DNA of 63,995 nt, filler included, from Basidiobolus ranarum (Eukaryota), in the NCBI GenBank assembly GCA_040143965.1. It is 9 parts of 9 records of this genome, joined end to end, with 100 filler letters (N's around TTAATTAATTAA, not from the genome) between each part and the next. Parts side by side here need not be neighbours in the genome. Positions count along the whole stretch, not along the records: positions 7,233 to 14,359 come from JASJQH010001174.1; positions 14,460 to 21,580 come from JASJQH010001175.1; positions 21,681 to 28,800 come from JASJQH010001176.1; 6 more parts are not named here. One strand, given 5' to 3'. This document shows, in pieces, positions 11,996 through 25,384 of the stretch (the first letter of the stretch is position 1; the number at the start of each line of letters is the position of its first letter). Under the pieces are notes generated by a model, which did no database searches, was not told the DNA's origin, and saw nothing but the letters and a program-made list of their open reading frames with translations. Both the position numbers and the translations under genes were made by a program.

Positions 11996-14544
11996 TTGGT
12001 AATGTAGATGTTTCCGAACTTTTGGTATTTCTTTAAAAAAGATGTTTCCAGGGCTCTATTTTTGGTTTATCCATTTTAGGTACTTGTCACTTTATGATTG
12101 TTGGATTCCAATAAAGGTAAATCTTATTAGTTCTGAGATAGGATTATGAGAAACGCCATATTGGTGCAATCTTGATTTACGCAAGTCTCATATAGTGGTA
12201 AGGGTTACCCTGTTTGTCCGACCTGATCGATTGGCTTTGTCATATCAGGGCCGTGAGGTGACACAAGAGAAGCATAGCTAAGATGAGCTATATCCCCGGT
12301 ATTGCACAATATGGCTTGTCAGCCTCACAATTAAGAGCATCAGTGTTGCTTCATATAGTAGAGAATGTCCAATATGGTCCATTTTGATTCCACTTGGATG
12401 CTCTATCGAAGTTCAAACCGGTGTCTCACCATACAGATATACCATAATTAGCCGCTCTCAATTAGTTCCAATAAATCGCGTAGCATCTACAACAGTCTGA
12501 GAGATGGTATGGTTGGTGGCAAGGTAATGATAGTTGAGATAGCACACGAGTCAGTTTCAGACGTGTCAACTTTGAAGAAATATTTATTCTTATATTTGAC
12601 TTGTAGTACCTCGTATTGCCTCGTTTTGCTTTGTAGGCTGCAGCAAGATGTCAAGAAAAAGGACTTACCTAACATTGTGGATGGCAGCACTGAATTTGCA
12701 TCGATATTCCTATTCACCAATATTTGAATGACTACTAGTATGAGCAAATTAAGCACATTACAAGAGTGCACTATCACTATAAGCAAGTTTTGCCGTGGAT
12801 AAAAATGGTCCAGGGAAGCCATGCACGTGCTTGATTTGAAAAGACAAGCTCACTAATCTATCCGTCGTGACAGTGATTGGGGTATCAATAAAATGGCAAA
12901 CTATATGGCTATCGTATTGACACATTTGAAATCTAATACTATTTGTTTAGGACCCTGATTAGAAAATTGACTTCCATTTTAATACATGATAAATGTTGTA
13001 TCGGTGGAGCATAAACAATCATTCGCATGAGTAGTCCGATTCCATCTAGGACTTGAACCATAAACCGAAGATGTATATTCATATAAAATCTTGAAAGCCT
13101 TGAGCCGAGTAAATCCAAAATTTCTCATAGAAAGTTATCTTTTGCATTTGACTGAAGATCAATTAAATATGACGAGCACTAGGCCGTATTGAAAGATATT
13201 GATATGTGTGCACAAAGGTCGAAATCAAAATCCCAAGAGTAGTGGAGAAATTCTATAACTCTTTATGGCGTATGGCCCTAGAAAATCCTAGGTAAAAAAT
13301 CAATTTCATGCTTGGCCATACTTATAACCGGCCCATCAAGGTGAACGGACACTAGTGGATAGAATAGTATAGATAAGGAAAATTGGCAAGATAGATTCGT
13401 AAGTTTGGGAAAATGATTGGTTCTAAGGGTCGGGTAGTTTAGGCTATATTTAGAAGCGGCGGTAGTGCACCTGTACTGTGACTGTTGTAGAATGCAAGTG
13501 GACCTATGTGAAGCACGGTTTCCCCCTCACAAGGGAATAACTACGCCTCTCTTAAAGTAGCCAAATGCCTCGTCATATAATTAGTGACTCTTATTAATAT
13601 TTAGTAATATTCATTTCATAATAATCCATTTTTCCGCTCTATCATCTTGTCCGCTTGAATAGTGCCAAATAGTGCTCGATAGTTCCACCGCAGATCAATG
13701 ATGATTGTCAAAAGCTTACCTAATACCATATGATTTACTGCAAAGTACTATGCAACGTTGGCATGTGTCCAATTTGATCAATTATGATTGCATTGGCCAT
13801 GGCCAAAAATTATAAGGCAAGGCTGACATTTCTCATGAAGAGATAATGCACAGGAGTAAATGTAGTGGACATTTACTGTAGCATTTGTACCCTGGTCCCA
13901 GAGTCTCTTGCTAAGTAAGTCATGTGCATTGTAATTGTTCTAATCTCTATTATACGACGTTATCCAGTACTGTTGGCACTATCCGAGGAAACAAGTCTAG
14001 TAAATCTACTGGTGAAATGGTATTATCTTCTAAATACCTCTATTCCCTTCAGGTTCTTGTTTTGCTGTATAGACTTCTTGTGTTCGAATCAAGCACAAGT
14101 TGTGTGATAGATTCATTGTTTAAAAGATGATGATAAAACTTTGTGTAGCTTACTCTCAGGTTTACAATTTATATGTCAGAGAAATTGGAATATATTGTAT
14201 TGCAACATTCTATCTGAGATATAGTAGAAAATATCTTGAAAGCTGACTTGCTCACTAGTATCTGTCAAGGCCCCCATCTGTTAATGGGAGGAAACGATAT
14301 TCAACTAAAACTAGTACCACTACACTTCCAATGAATGCCCTGAGTATATAATACTCAACNNNNNNNNNNNNNNNNNNNNNNNNNNNNNNNNNNNNNNNNN
14401 NNNTTAATTAATTAANNNNNNNNNNNNNNNNNNNNNNNNNNNNNNNNNNNNNNNNNNNNCTTGTTCCAACATAACTGTCTTGTAACGTACTTCAAGTAGA
14501 CCCGACTCAGAATTGTTTATATAAATGTTCTATTTTCTTGCTAG

Positions 14545-16708
14545 TGTAAATCTTCATTGAAAGACAAGAATTATTTCTAAAGAAGTTACATCAATGTACA
14601 TTCATGTTTGATTTTGCTGATGCCATGTCCGATCTACAAGCCAAGGAAATCAAACGACAGACTCTTGCCGAACTTGTGGAATACATCACTACAAACAAGG
14701 GAGTGATTACGGAGCCAGTATATCCGGCAATTATCAATGTGGTAAGAAACCAATCAGTTTAACGTTTGCTGCACGATTTACCTTACAAACTCATATTTGG
14801 ATTCAATCGAACAGTTCACCACCAACCTTTTCCGTACTATTCCACCCCGAATCAATCCAACTGGGGACGCTTTCGATCCCGAAGAGGATGAACCAATTTT
14901 GGAACTTGCATGGCCACATCTACAAATTGTTTATGAACTGTTCCTACGATTTGTTGAATCTTCAGAGTTCAACACCAATATTGCCAAAAAATACATCGAT
15001 TATAAACTCATCTACCAGGTATGTTTATCTAGCACCGATTACTTGTAACACGTCCAGCAATGAACTAAATCCTTTGCCGAAATCCCTCATAGCTCCTTGA
15101 ACTTTTCGATAGCGAAGATCCTAGGGAACGTGATTACTTAAAGACTACACTTCATCGAATCTACGGGAAATTTCTTAATCTTCGAGCATTCATTCGCCGC
15201 TCGATCAACAACATATTCTTTCAATTTATATACGAAACTGAACGTCACAACGGTATCGCAGAGCTTTTGGAGATCTTAGGGAGGTAAGACTCTTGTATCT
15301 CGGTAGCAACTATTTGCTAGATTGACCTCCATTAACTCAAATCCCTCTTCTCTCTCTAGCATCATAAACGGGTTTGCTCTACCATTAAAAGAGGAGCACA
15401 AGTCATTCTTGGGTCGGGTTTTAATCCCTCTTCACAAAGTGAAGTCTTTGGGACTTTATCACCCTCAATTAGCATACTGCGTGGTTCAATTTCTGGAAAA
15501 AGATCCATCACTAACTGAAGAGGTGATTTTTGTCGCCCCTTGGCATACTCGATCTTTGACAATCAATCCTTTGCCCTAACCCTTCTACGCTCTCATCCAT
15601 TAGGTGATTACTGGTTTGCTACGTTACTGGCCGAAGGTGAACAGTCCAAAAGAAGTGATGTATTTGAATGAACTCGAGGAGATATTGGATATTATGGAAC
15701 CACAGGAATTTATGAAGGTACAGGTACCTATGTTCCATCAAATTGCTCGATGCATCTCAAGCCCACATTTTCAGGTTAGTCATCTCTATGTTATCAAGGT
15801 GTTTCTTGCCATATCGTACTGATAGCCGTTGATCTGTATTTTGGTTGAAATAGGTGGCAGAAAGAGCTTTATGCTACTGGAACAACGACTACATCGTCAA
15901 CCTGATTAGCGATAATATTCGTATCATCCTTCCAATCATGTTTCCATCTTTGTACCAAAACTCCAAGATGCACTGGAACAGGTACGCAAATTTCCAAGAA
16001 CCATTTTGTTCAGTCAGATTTCTTACACTCTTACTAGAACCATCCATGGTTTGGTTTACAATGCTCTAAAGATCTTCATGGAGATGAGCCCTAGACTATT
16101 TGATGAATGCGTTCTACATTACAAACAAAAAATCCAGCTGTAAGTGCCTACTCCACTGTAGTATATTATTGGTCATAGGTCCCGTATCTAACACGTCGAT
16201 AGTGAGCCACAGAAAAAGAAGTATAAGGAAGAGATCTGGAGAAGATTGGAAGCGGAGGCGGCTAAAAACGCCGTGATGCGCACATCAGAACAAATGAACC
16301 TTTCAAGCACAAACATCTCGACATCGATGACTACAAGTAAGTGGAGGTTTCTCCTTTGGAAATAGGGATAACTGCATGCTAACACCCCAAGAATAGGTTT
16401 GCCTACCGTAGAAGCCATCAATACAGCAAAGATGGTAAACACAGATTTAGAGAATTTGGATCTTTTCACAGAAGAGTTGGTGAGTATTTATATCGAAATT
16501 AGACTAGCATTTCGTGGAGAAGCATTTAACTGAGATATTTCCATATGGGATATTCTAGGCACAACCGGATCCTGATAAGCCAATCATTCCTACTTATGGA
16601 CGGCGTAAATCAGTCCTACCAGTCGATGAGCAAGTTCTCACGGAACTGTGCAAACACAAGAGCCTTGAGGATGTGTTGAACTCTGCACCACCACATACAA
16701 ATGACTAG
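14545..16708 (+). CDS. RTS1: Protein phosphatase 2A regulatory subunit B' (B56), multi-exon, 5' truncated
   Basis: [92 protein letters not shown]. About 10 exons with GT-AG introns. Confidence 0.95.
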
Positions 16709-19700
16709 TAGAGAAGGAATCTGTGTATCCGGCCGCATTAGTTGACAATTTTCTAGCTAGCATGATGTACACACTCATTTCTCTTACTTATAATACGTCA
16801 CCTCAATTCATTATTTGAACGCACTGTCATAAGACTATTCCATTCCACCAACCCAGCCCAACCCCACCCCAAAATCAGTTTATAGAAGTTAGGTTCAACC
16901 TAAAATCTCTCTCTTTATTCATTTACTTTTTTCTAGTCGATTTTTTACGACTTCGAAGCTACCGAACATTGATGTTCTCTATACCCTGAATTAAATCACC
17001 CAACCCCTTCCATTTGATTCAGATTTCTATTTATAAATGATTCATAAGACTCATAATCCTGTTACTCTCAAAATGTTCAAAATGGGTCAATGAACTTGTA
17101 GCAAACGCTCTATGCCAACTCTACAGAGCGTGGTTTATAGGGACAGTACTGAAATTGGAACACTTGTCTTGTATTGTTTCCATTTGATTAAGAATTTGGT
17201 ATTCAATAATCCATTAATGAGAATTTGAAGGAATCAGTTGTCTCTATTATCGAAGAAATAACCACTAGTAATACAGACGTAGTTAGATAAATCACTGCTT
17301 GGCACAAGAAATCCTTGAATATTTTAGTACATTCATTTCAGCTAGTAAATAGTTTGAATCAGAAGTCCATGCACTTGCACTCTTAACGGAATTACTTTTT
17401 ACATGTTGAGTTTCAAATATTTATACCACAGTAACCAAAAGATCAAGGTGAGTTTTGTTATGTCCCAACTTACATGTATCTCTGAAAACACGCAATGCTA
17501 TCAATGAATATAATCATTAATTGAAGGAAGCAGTTTTAAGCTGGGTTGTTTTGATTACAAAATTTGGGAAAACTACAGTTTTTTACTACTATTCCCCCAT
17601 AATTCCTCCTCTACCATCACCTTTAGCTATATCTGTGCATTGTGACTTCAAATATCTCACTTTTAGCACAACAAACTGGATACCTACTGGAAAAGATACT
17701 CTCTAGCATAGAAATGCTTAATATGTCAGGATTACCATGGTGCTCCAATGTTGAATGATTTCTAAATAGAATGATAAAACCTTAAAATAGTAAGAAAATT
17801 TGGTGGGTCATCTATCAAGCAGGAAAGTACATTCAATTCCCAATTAGGCTTGGTAAAGTAACCGTCGCAAAATTATGAAGAAATTGAAAAGTTTGTTCTG
17901 TGCCTATTTCAGCACTACACAACATGACTAAGATTGAATATAACGAGTATCACTGAGTTTAAGGTAGTTGAGTTAGGTATATCATTAGACAAGAAAATAT
18001 TGCTAGAGAGTGATGAGTCATAACAAAAGTAATAGGGTTAATGTGCCATAACACTCAATAAGAATAGGGGCTTAGCAAGCATAGGCTTGGGAAATGATCT
18101 TCTGGAAAGAATTGCCAATTAGGATAGATATGCCGTTTTATAGGTCAAAATAATAATACGTTGTTTGGGGCATATTCGATGTCTTTCATGTGTTTCATGA
18201 GATTACTTGCACTATTAATACAGAGTTGCATGATTATAGTACCAATGATAGTGGCCCGGCTATCCTATGATCTTGCACATTACAATTACTATCAAGTATG
18301 AAATTAATGCAATTTTACGAGAAAATAAGCTTTCTGTGTTGCAACTAAGGCCAGTGAATATGTACCTTGTGGGTGAAAGAAATGACCAACTAATTACTGT
18401 AGTCAAATACTCTGACTTCCTTTTGAGCCAAAAAGTTGTATAATGCAACAATCAATCAAAGCAAAAGTGACCAATACTAACTTGAAATGTCCCTAGGAAT
18501 GTCAAATGAATCCAAATTCAAAGTCAGCTAGAAACTGTACTAACAAAGCTTGAAAACTAAACAAATAATAACAGTGTTGCGCAAATCTCAAAGTACCTAG
18601 TTTTATAATTATCAAAGTATTATATTATAAAAATTAACACCAAGGAAGTGAATCAGTTTGGAGCATTCGTGTATTCCTTAGATTCCAGCTTCTAATACCA
18701 TATAAACAACACTGTAGCTCAATAAATGGAATATACAATTTGAAACCCATCGCCGATCTCTACGCTGGATATATAAACGATTGAAAAGTGGACAATAAGA
18801 TGATTTGAGGATGCATGGATTCGTTGGATGAGGAATATAATATGCATAAGCACATCGGTCAATATTATGGAATTTTCTGTTCCAAGTACCTATCTAGGCC
18901 CCAGTGCAGCATGTTGCTCAATCCTGATACACCTTTATGCTCATTAATCACTAGGCTTAAAGCATTGACAAATCAAATCCGATAATTTGCTAGTCGCATT
19001 CCTGAGGATAGATGTTCTTAAGTTCACAATGGTTACACCTACGTATTCCGTGATATTATAGGTGGAAAAGTTAACATGCCTATCATGCAAGTGTGGAAAG
19101 CTCCTGGAAACATACACAGGGCAAATAGTCAACAAAAACGATGCTTCAGGACTATCTGTGCACTTCAACCAGAACAAGGTCGCATTGGACTGGAATTGCA
19201 AAATTCCCGATTCAGCTTCTCATTCCACCTCAACATTTATCTGAAAGTAGTTATGGCGGAAGTTAATTTATGCTTGGGCTGTTTTCAGGCACGATACTAC
19301 TCGGAAATAATAATACTCTTTGAACTACGAACATTCTTTGCTTCATGTTGATGAGTATTCCACTATAGCGGATCCACATTGGACGGTGATAAGTATACCT
19401 TGCCCAGAACAACACATTCTTAATATGGCGAAAAGCCACTTCCATAAAGCATGGGTTGCCAATTCTCTTGCAATAATTATGCACCATTTCTTTTGTTTGC
19501 TCCAGCCCATCCAATGCTTCATCATTATCATTCTGTGGATGATAGATTTATTATCGAGATGATTACTACTTTCTCTACATTAAAATCATCAGGATGTTGC
19601 TCATATATACGGCTGTTACTAACAGCTAATAACTTCGATCATTGCTATCAAGGAATTGCGTTCTATACCTTGAACAGAAATAACCAAGCTTCAATCAACT

Positions 19701-20516
19701 ACAACATCATTACATTGACTTTGAATTGTCCCAAAGTCTCAGTTATTAACAATAGTCAATATAATATTTAAATGACTAAATGAGTGAAAATCGATGGCAT
19801 CCTTTGGGCTTAAAGCATCTTTAATTCATCTACAGATCAGTGAGCACTGCCCCTCACGGGATGGCCCTGCTTCAAATCTCATTCCAGTAAATGAAACCAC
19901 TAATAGTGGGGGGATTTACTAGCAATAACATAGCCTGGTTACCGCTCACCCTATCATCAGTCCTGTATCCGTTTTTCCGATTTATTCAAAAAGCTGATGT
20001 AAAAATTCTAAGCTCATCGTAGGTTGAAGGACTTCCTAAATAGGAAGGATCAGAAATGAGTACTAGTCATCGATTTCATGTTGCTTATCATCAGTGGGAG
20101 GAGATCGAATATCAGCTATGGAATCGTTCGATTCAGAGCCAATTTCTTATGCTAGTTAGTAGCGATTGATACCTCATGTACTTTCTATCCATTCCATTCA
20201 ACCCATCCCCTTCCAAAAAGAGTCCGTGCGTCAATGCTTATATATAAGACGATTCTTTGACCACCCTAAATGCCCATATTCTACACCCGGAGTTTATACT
20301 CTTGTTTCTTCGCAACACACGCACGCACACACACCACAACACTTCCTATCCCTAAACATCGCCACTTGTTCCGCACGCCCTGGTTCATCTCCTACCTCCT
20401 CTTACTATATTTACCCTTCACCACCCCAAGTTCAAGCATTGCTTGTACCGAACCATCACGATATCTCAAGGCTATCTTTATAGCAATTGGTTGACTGACA
20501 ACAGCGTAACATCATT

Positions 20517-21110
20517 ATGGATCTTAGCGAAATACTCAATCCATCTGCTAGTGCAGATTTGATTGCAACCAAAATATCCACCTTAAATATCCAAGGGTCC
20601 ACATCGAAAGCTACACCCATGGACTTTTCCGTTTCAAAGCCTGAGCCATTGACTTCTCACATGGCGAAGTCCGATGAAGTGTCAACCGGTCTTGTGACAA
20701 CAGTTCGACGATTCTCTTGTACATGGCCTGAATGCAAGAAAACCTTTAGTCGTAAATCGTTGCTAGACCGACACCATTGTACACACACGGGAGATCGACC
20801 ACATGTATGTACAGTGTGTAGTAGAGGGTTTATTCAGCGATCAGCACTACTAGTTCATATGAGAACACATACTGGGGAGAAGCCGTATCACTGCCCACAC
20901 GAAGATTGTGAGCAGTCTTTTTCAGATTCTTCGGCTCTATCACGACACAAGAAATCCCACTTGGGAGTTCGATCGTATATTTGTGAATTCTCTGGGTGTG
21001 AGAAAGCATTCACAAGAAGAACAGCACTAAGCAAGCACAGGAGTAAGCATCTAGATAAAACCATATTTATCTATTTACCGGAGGAGACAGTGTTTGTCAA
21101 ATCTGGATGA
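20517..21110 (+). CDS. C2H2 zinc-finger transcription factor (4 fingers)
   Basis: Four C-x2/4-C-x12-H-x3-H fingers with TGDRPH and TGEKPY linkers. Intronless. Confidence 0.92.
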   Translation: MDLSEILNPSASADLIATKISTLNIQGSTSKATPMDFSVSKPEPLTSHMAKSDEVSTGLVTTVRRFSCTWPECKKTFSRKSLLDRHHCTHTGDRPHVCTVCSRGFIQRSALLVHMRTHTGEKPYHCPHEDCEQSFSDSSALSRHKKSHLGVRSYICEFSGCEKAFTRRTALSKHRSKHLDKTIFIYLPEETVFVKSG

Positions 21111-21459
21111 AGGCAAAAACAATAGATTGACATGGTTTTCAGCTGAAGATGCGAATCAAATGTAAATAAATATAATGAGGCATCAGAAGCAATTGGCTAA
21201 AATATGCTTGATCGAGCTCTCAACTTGGAAGCAAGAATACTTTTAGTTAAACTCGCTCAAATCGGAAATCGCACTTACAATATCAATATATGTATTATTT
21301 AACTACACATAATAGAAATCACAAACTCCTCACTCATTTATCTAGATTAGTTTAAAAATTATGACCTTTGCAACATTTTACAATCGGCTATTAACTAAAA
21401 TAGGTATACGCTTTATTTTCAATTAGAGAGATTTAGAATAGAAATATGGCTACGAATCG

Positions 21460-21580
21460 TTAGCCAATTCTTCGCGATGCTTCATTATATTTATTTACAT
21501 TTGATTCGCATCTTCAGCTGAAAACCATGTCAATCTATTGTTTTTGACTTCATCCAGATTTGACAAACACTGTGTTCTCT
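21460..21580 (-). repeat. Inverted copy of 21083-21200 (last codons and 3' UTR of the C2H2 gene)
   Basis: The reverse complement of 21460-21580 reads ...CAGTGTTTGTCAAATCTGGATGAAGTCAAAAACAATAGATTGACATGGTTTTCAGCTGAAGATGCGAATC..., nearly identical to 21088-21200. Confidence 0.93.
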
Positions 21581-21944
21581 NNNNNNNNNNNNNNNNNNNN
21601 NNNNNNNNNNNNNNNNNNNNNNNNTTAATTAATTAANNNNNNNNNNNNNNNNNNNNNNNNNNNNNNNNNNNNNNNNNNNNTATTATAGAAATTTTCAACG
21701 TAGACAGAAATGAATACACATCCCTTTTGCCCTAATCAAGTTGAACCATATCATGTATGGAGTGTCTAATTGTTACATTAATCAAATATTTGGCAGGAGG
21801 ATATTTCTCAAGTCAGTAATTATGGTTTTTATTTCTTTGCGTGTGTGGAGTAATACATGACAAATACATGTTCAGAAAAATACTTTGGCTCTCACCCTGA
21901 TTCGGGCCTCTGTGGGCATGCAATTCTATGGTGATACCTAGCTA

Positions 21945-24900
21945 TTAAAACATTTGTGACATTTGTTCCCGTTGTGCTGGGGAAATTGCATAACCACTCA
22001 CGCGGCAGATATCCATTAATATATGAAATAACATGTATAGCGGTGCTCGTTTTTTTTTGTTTTTGGGGTTTGTCATAATAGCATTCATGATGAATGCTTG
22101 GGTTTGTTGGATCCTTTCGCGGTCATTGTGTACGGTGTCCTGGTTAGACCTTTTTGACTGCTGTCCGCAAATGCGATCCGCCGCCTCGGAGCAAAGGATG
22201 GCATGCCTTCTGGATAGCCGGTTTCCACAGCATTGACACTTGCGATGGCCTTGTGTGAGTGCTCCAGATAGCCACTTGACCAACAACCATTTTGCGCACT
22301 CAGGAACGTCTGCTTTCCACCACTTCCGGAGTGCAGAGTGTTGGTGGTGATGGCTTGTAGCTTCTACTGGGAGATACTGTGCCAGAGTATACCCCCGCGA
22401 AGTGGGTTTTGCCAGACTGTGTAGATCTATGATGGACCACTTGTCCCACGTTGTAGGTTTGATCCAGGCAGTTGGGTCCCGGTGTTGTAGTAGAGCCGCC
22501 TTCAGTCTCTGCGTCTGAAGGTCTTGCCATATTGGCAAGTTTTCCAGGGCGTGTATAATTGACTTTTTCCTACCACCTACCCTTACCCGTCTCTTGTACA
22601 GAATATGGCTCAGGTGTGACTTGGGGGAGTGGGTGTACCTGCTGAGGAAGGCGGCTCGTCTCCAGGCCAACAGCATGCCTGCCGATGGCAAGTCAAAGAT
22701 GCGTTGTATTAGCCCGCATGGCGCAGAGGCTCCCCCACCGTGTAGTGCGCGAATACTCTGGTAAAGCGTTTTGTCCAGCTTAACCTCGATGCGTGCTGAG
22801 GTGGGTCCTAACCAGGTTCCGTATTCAATCGTGGCGTATATGAAACAACGTATTAGGTGCAGGCTTACCAGTAGTGGGAAGCCTCTACGATGTAAACCTA
22901 ACCGTCTTAGTTTCCTAGTGATTACCGTTGCTTCCCTACAGCGGTGGTCCACCTGTTGTTTGATGTTTATGCCGTTGCTGTCAATTGCCACCCCAAGGTA
23001 TTTGTCACCCTGTCTCATGGGGGTTGTCTCGTCCGCTATCCTTAGGGTTGTACTGTAATGTTGGCGGATGTGTACGCTTTTGCTGGGGTTCCAACAGTAT
23101 CCATTCGCCCTTGCGTGTTCACTACAACTGTCTAAGATTTGTTGCACTCTAGTTTTTGCCGCAATCACTGCTACATCGTCTACATATAGTAGCGCGTTGA
23201 TGTGCAGCGACTTGGAGGCCTCTAGGCCTTCCTTAGCGTTTCGTAAGAAAGGTAGAAGGTCATCCATGAATATATTGAACAAAAGTGGGCTTAGTAGGGA
23301 GCCCTGCAGTAGCCCCACTTCTGGGGTGATGTTTTTGGTTAAGGAGCCGTTAACGATCACCTGCAGTTCCTGATGTTCATATAGGCTGCTTATTGTGCGT
23401 ACTAAATATGTCGGGAATCCTTTTTTGCGGCATTTCTCCCACAGAAGTGGTCGATTGACCGAGTCGAATGCTCCCGCAATGTCCAATGGACGATTTCGGG
23501 CTCCTGCTTGTCACCCGCCAGTGCATCAAAAATCTCTTGCATGTTGACCACCTGATCTATCGTACCTCTCTTCGCTCTGAAACCCCCTTGCGCTACATCT
23601 AGTTTGTCCAGCTGCTCCTCCTTCAGTTTGTCCAGCACCAGTCGTTCAAACAATTTCCTACTGACATTAAAGAGGGAGATTGGCCGATGGTTAACAATGT
23701 GCATACGGGATCCCTTTCCCTTGTAGAGTGGGAGCAGATGAACCTGTTTCCACCGTGCTGGTGAGTAACGCGTTATGATGATAGCATTTGCCAGGATGGC
23801 AAATGCCTCTGCAAATCTGAAGGATGTGTCTTCATCCAACTCAAGAAATTTAATAATTTCAATAGTTGTTTTATCCGGCCCTGCTGCTTTGCCATTTGGC
23901 AGGGTTCGCCACGCGAGAATAACATCCTCATAAGTTATCTTCCATGGGGCTCTGTCTGCTCCTCTTGGCTGCTCGTGATGGGCTGATAGCTCAAGTGACC
24001 TGTTCCTGAATTGGCAAGCAAAGTGTTCTTCCACCTCTGCCATAACCGGGACTGCGTCCTGGGATGCCGTGATGCCTATAGCCTGACTCCTTGGGTGCGC
24101 TAAGCGCTTGAGGATTCGGCTCGCCTCGGACAGGTCAGTGTCTACCAGCTTGTTGCTGAACTCCTGGAAATGGTGTCTTTGATCTTTACAAAGTTGTTGC
24201 CTGAAACTCTCTTGTGCTTTGAGGAAGTGATTCCAGAGTTCTGTTTTGAGGTCTGGTATCTGGCAACGTTTCCAAGATTGGAACGCTATCCTCTTGATTT
24301 TCATTAGTCTTTCCAGACGTGGGTTCCAGTACCACTTCCAGTTAGCCTTCCTTGGCATGGACAGTCCTAGTGGTTCAACCGTTTTTTGGAGCCCCCACGT
24401 CAACCATTCCGCCATCTGGTCGACATCGTGTGCTGGTGGTACCTCTGCGACATCCAGCGCTACAATGGAGTGGTATACTAATTCCATAACTGGCTTGGCC
24501 ATAGATATGCAGTGGTATGCTGGGTGGTGTAAATCCAGAGTGGGAGGTTGATTGGTCTCCCCCTTCTTGTTAATGGATTGGATAGCTGTAGGGTTGGGCA
24601 TAGGTAGGAGCCAGGTACGCCATCTCTGATGGACTATTGGAGGGCAATGACTCTGTTGAGATCCAACTGACAGGAGCATCAGTATGGGGGTGTGTTCAGT
24701 GCCTCCCAAACAGCGTTGATTGAGCACTAGCGCCTTCAGTATGTGGGAACACGCTTGTTCCAATGCCAGAATCAAGTCAATGGTGCTGCTTCCATTGTTG
24801 GTTTGGAACGTTGGCTGATTGTTTAATGGTATTTTCCTTGTTATTCCTTGTTGCAGCATTTGGGCTTGTAAGTGTTTCCCTCGTTTGTTTGTGGTGCTGT

Positions 24901-25384
24901 CGTTAGACATTTCTCCCATGCGTGCGTTGAAGTCTCCAATCCAAATAATTTCCGCGGATGTTTGGAAGGGATGTGTTAGTAAGGTGAGTATTTGGGAGGG
25001 TGCTTCTGTAGGATTTACATACGCAAAGCAAATATTAATCCTTCCCAATTTAAACCAAACCGCATCCCGCGTTGGGTCCTCTTTAATGAGTTGCAAGTCT
25101 GTATTTTTTGGAGTATTGGGGCCTCTAAGTATCAGAAGACCCCCCTTGCTTCGTCCTCCCCCATGTGATCCTGGCTGTGGTGGCGTTGCTGGCTTGTAGT
25201 AGACCAGTCCGTCACCAAAATATGAGTGTGGTATTTGTTCCAACCATGTTTTGCACCCCAGCAGGTAATCTGTCCCGCTGTTTTGCATAAACCGGTTGAT
25301 TTCCCCTACCTTGTTTCGTGCTCCCCCCAGATTGATTGAGATCATCTTGTATCTCACGTCCCCGTTGTTTCCCCGTGGTCTCAC
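21945..25384 (-). pseudogene. LINE ORF2 (APE endonuclease - reverse transcriptase - CCHC), broken by a 1-nt frameshift at about 23487
   Basis: ISINLGG, IGDFNAR, STIDLIL, GKAAGPD, HRPISL, QGGFR, LDIAGAFDSV, GLLQGSLLSPLLFNIF, LYVDDV, KYLGV, CQCC-x7-H-x3-C. Frame changes at GTC CA/TTG GAC. Confidence 0.9.
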
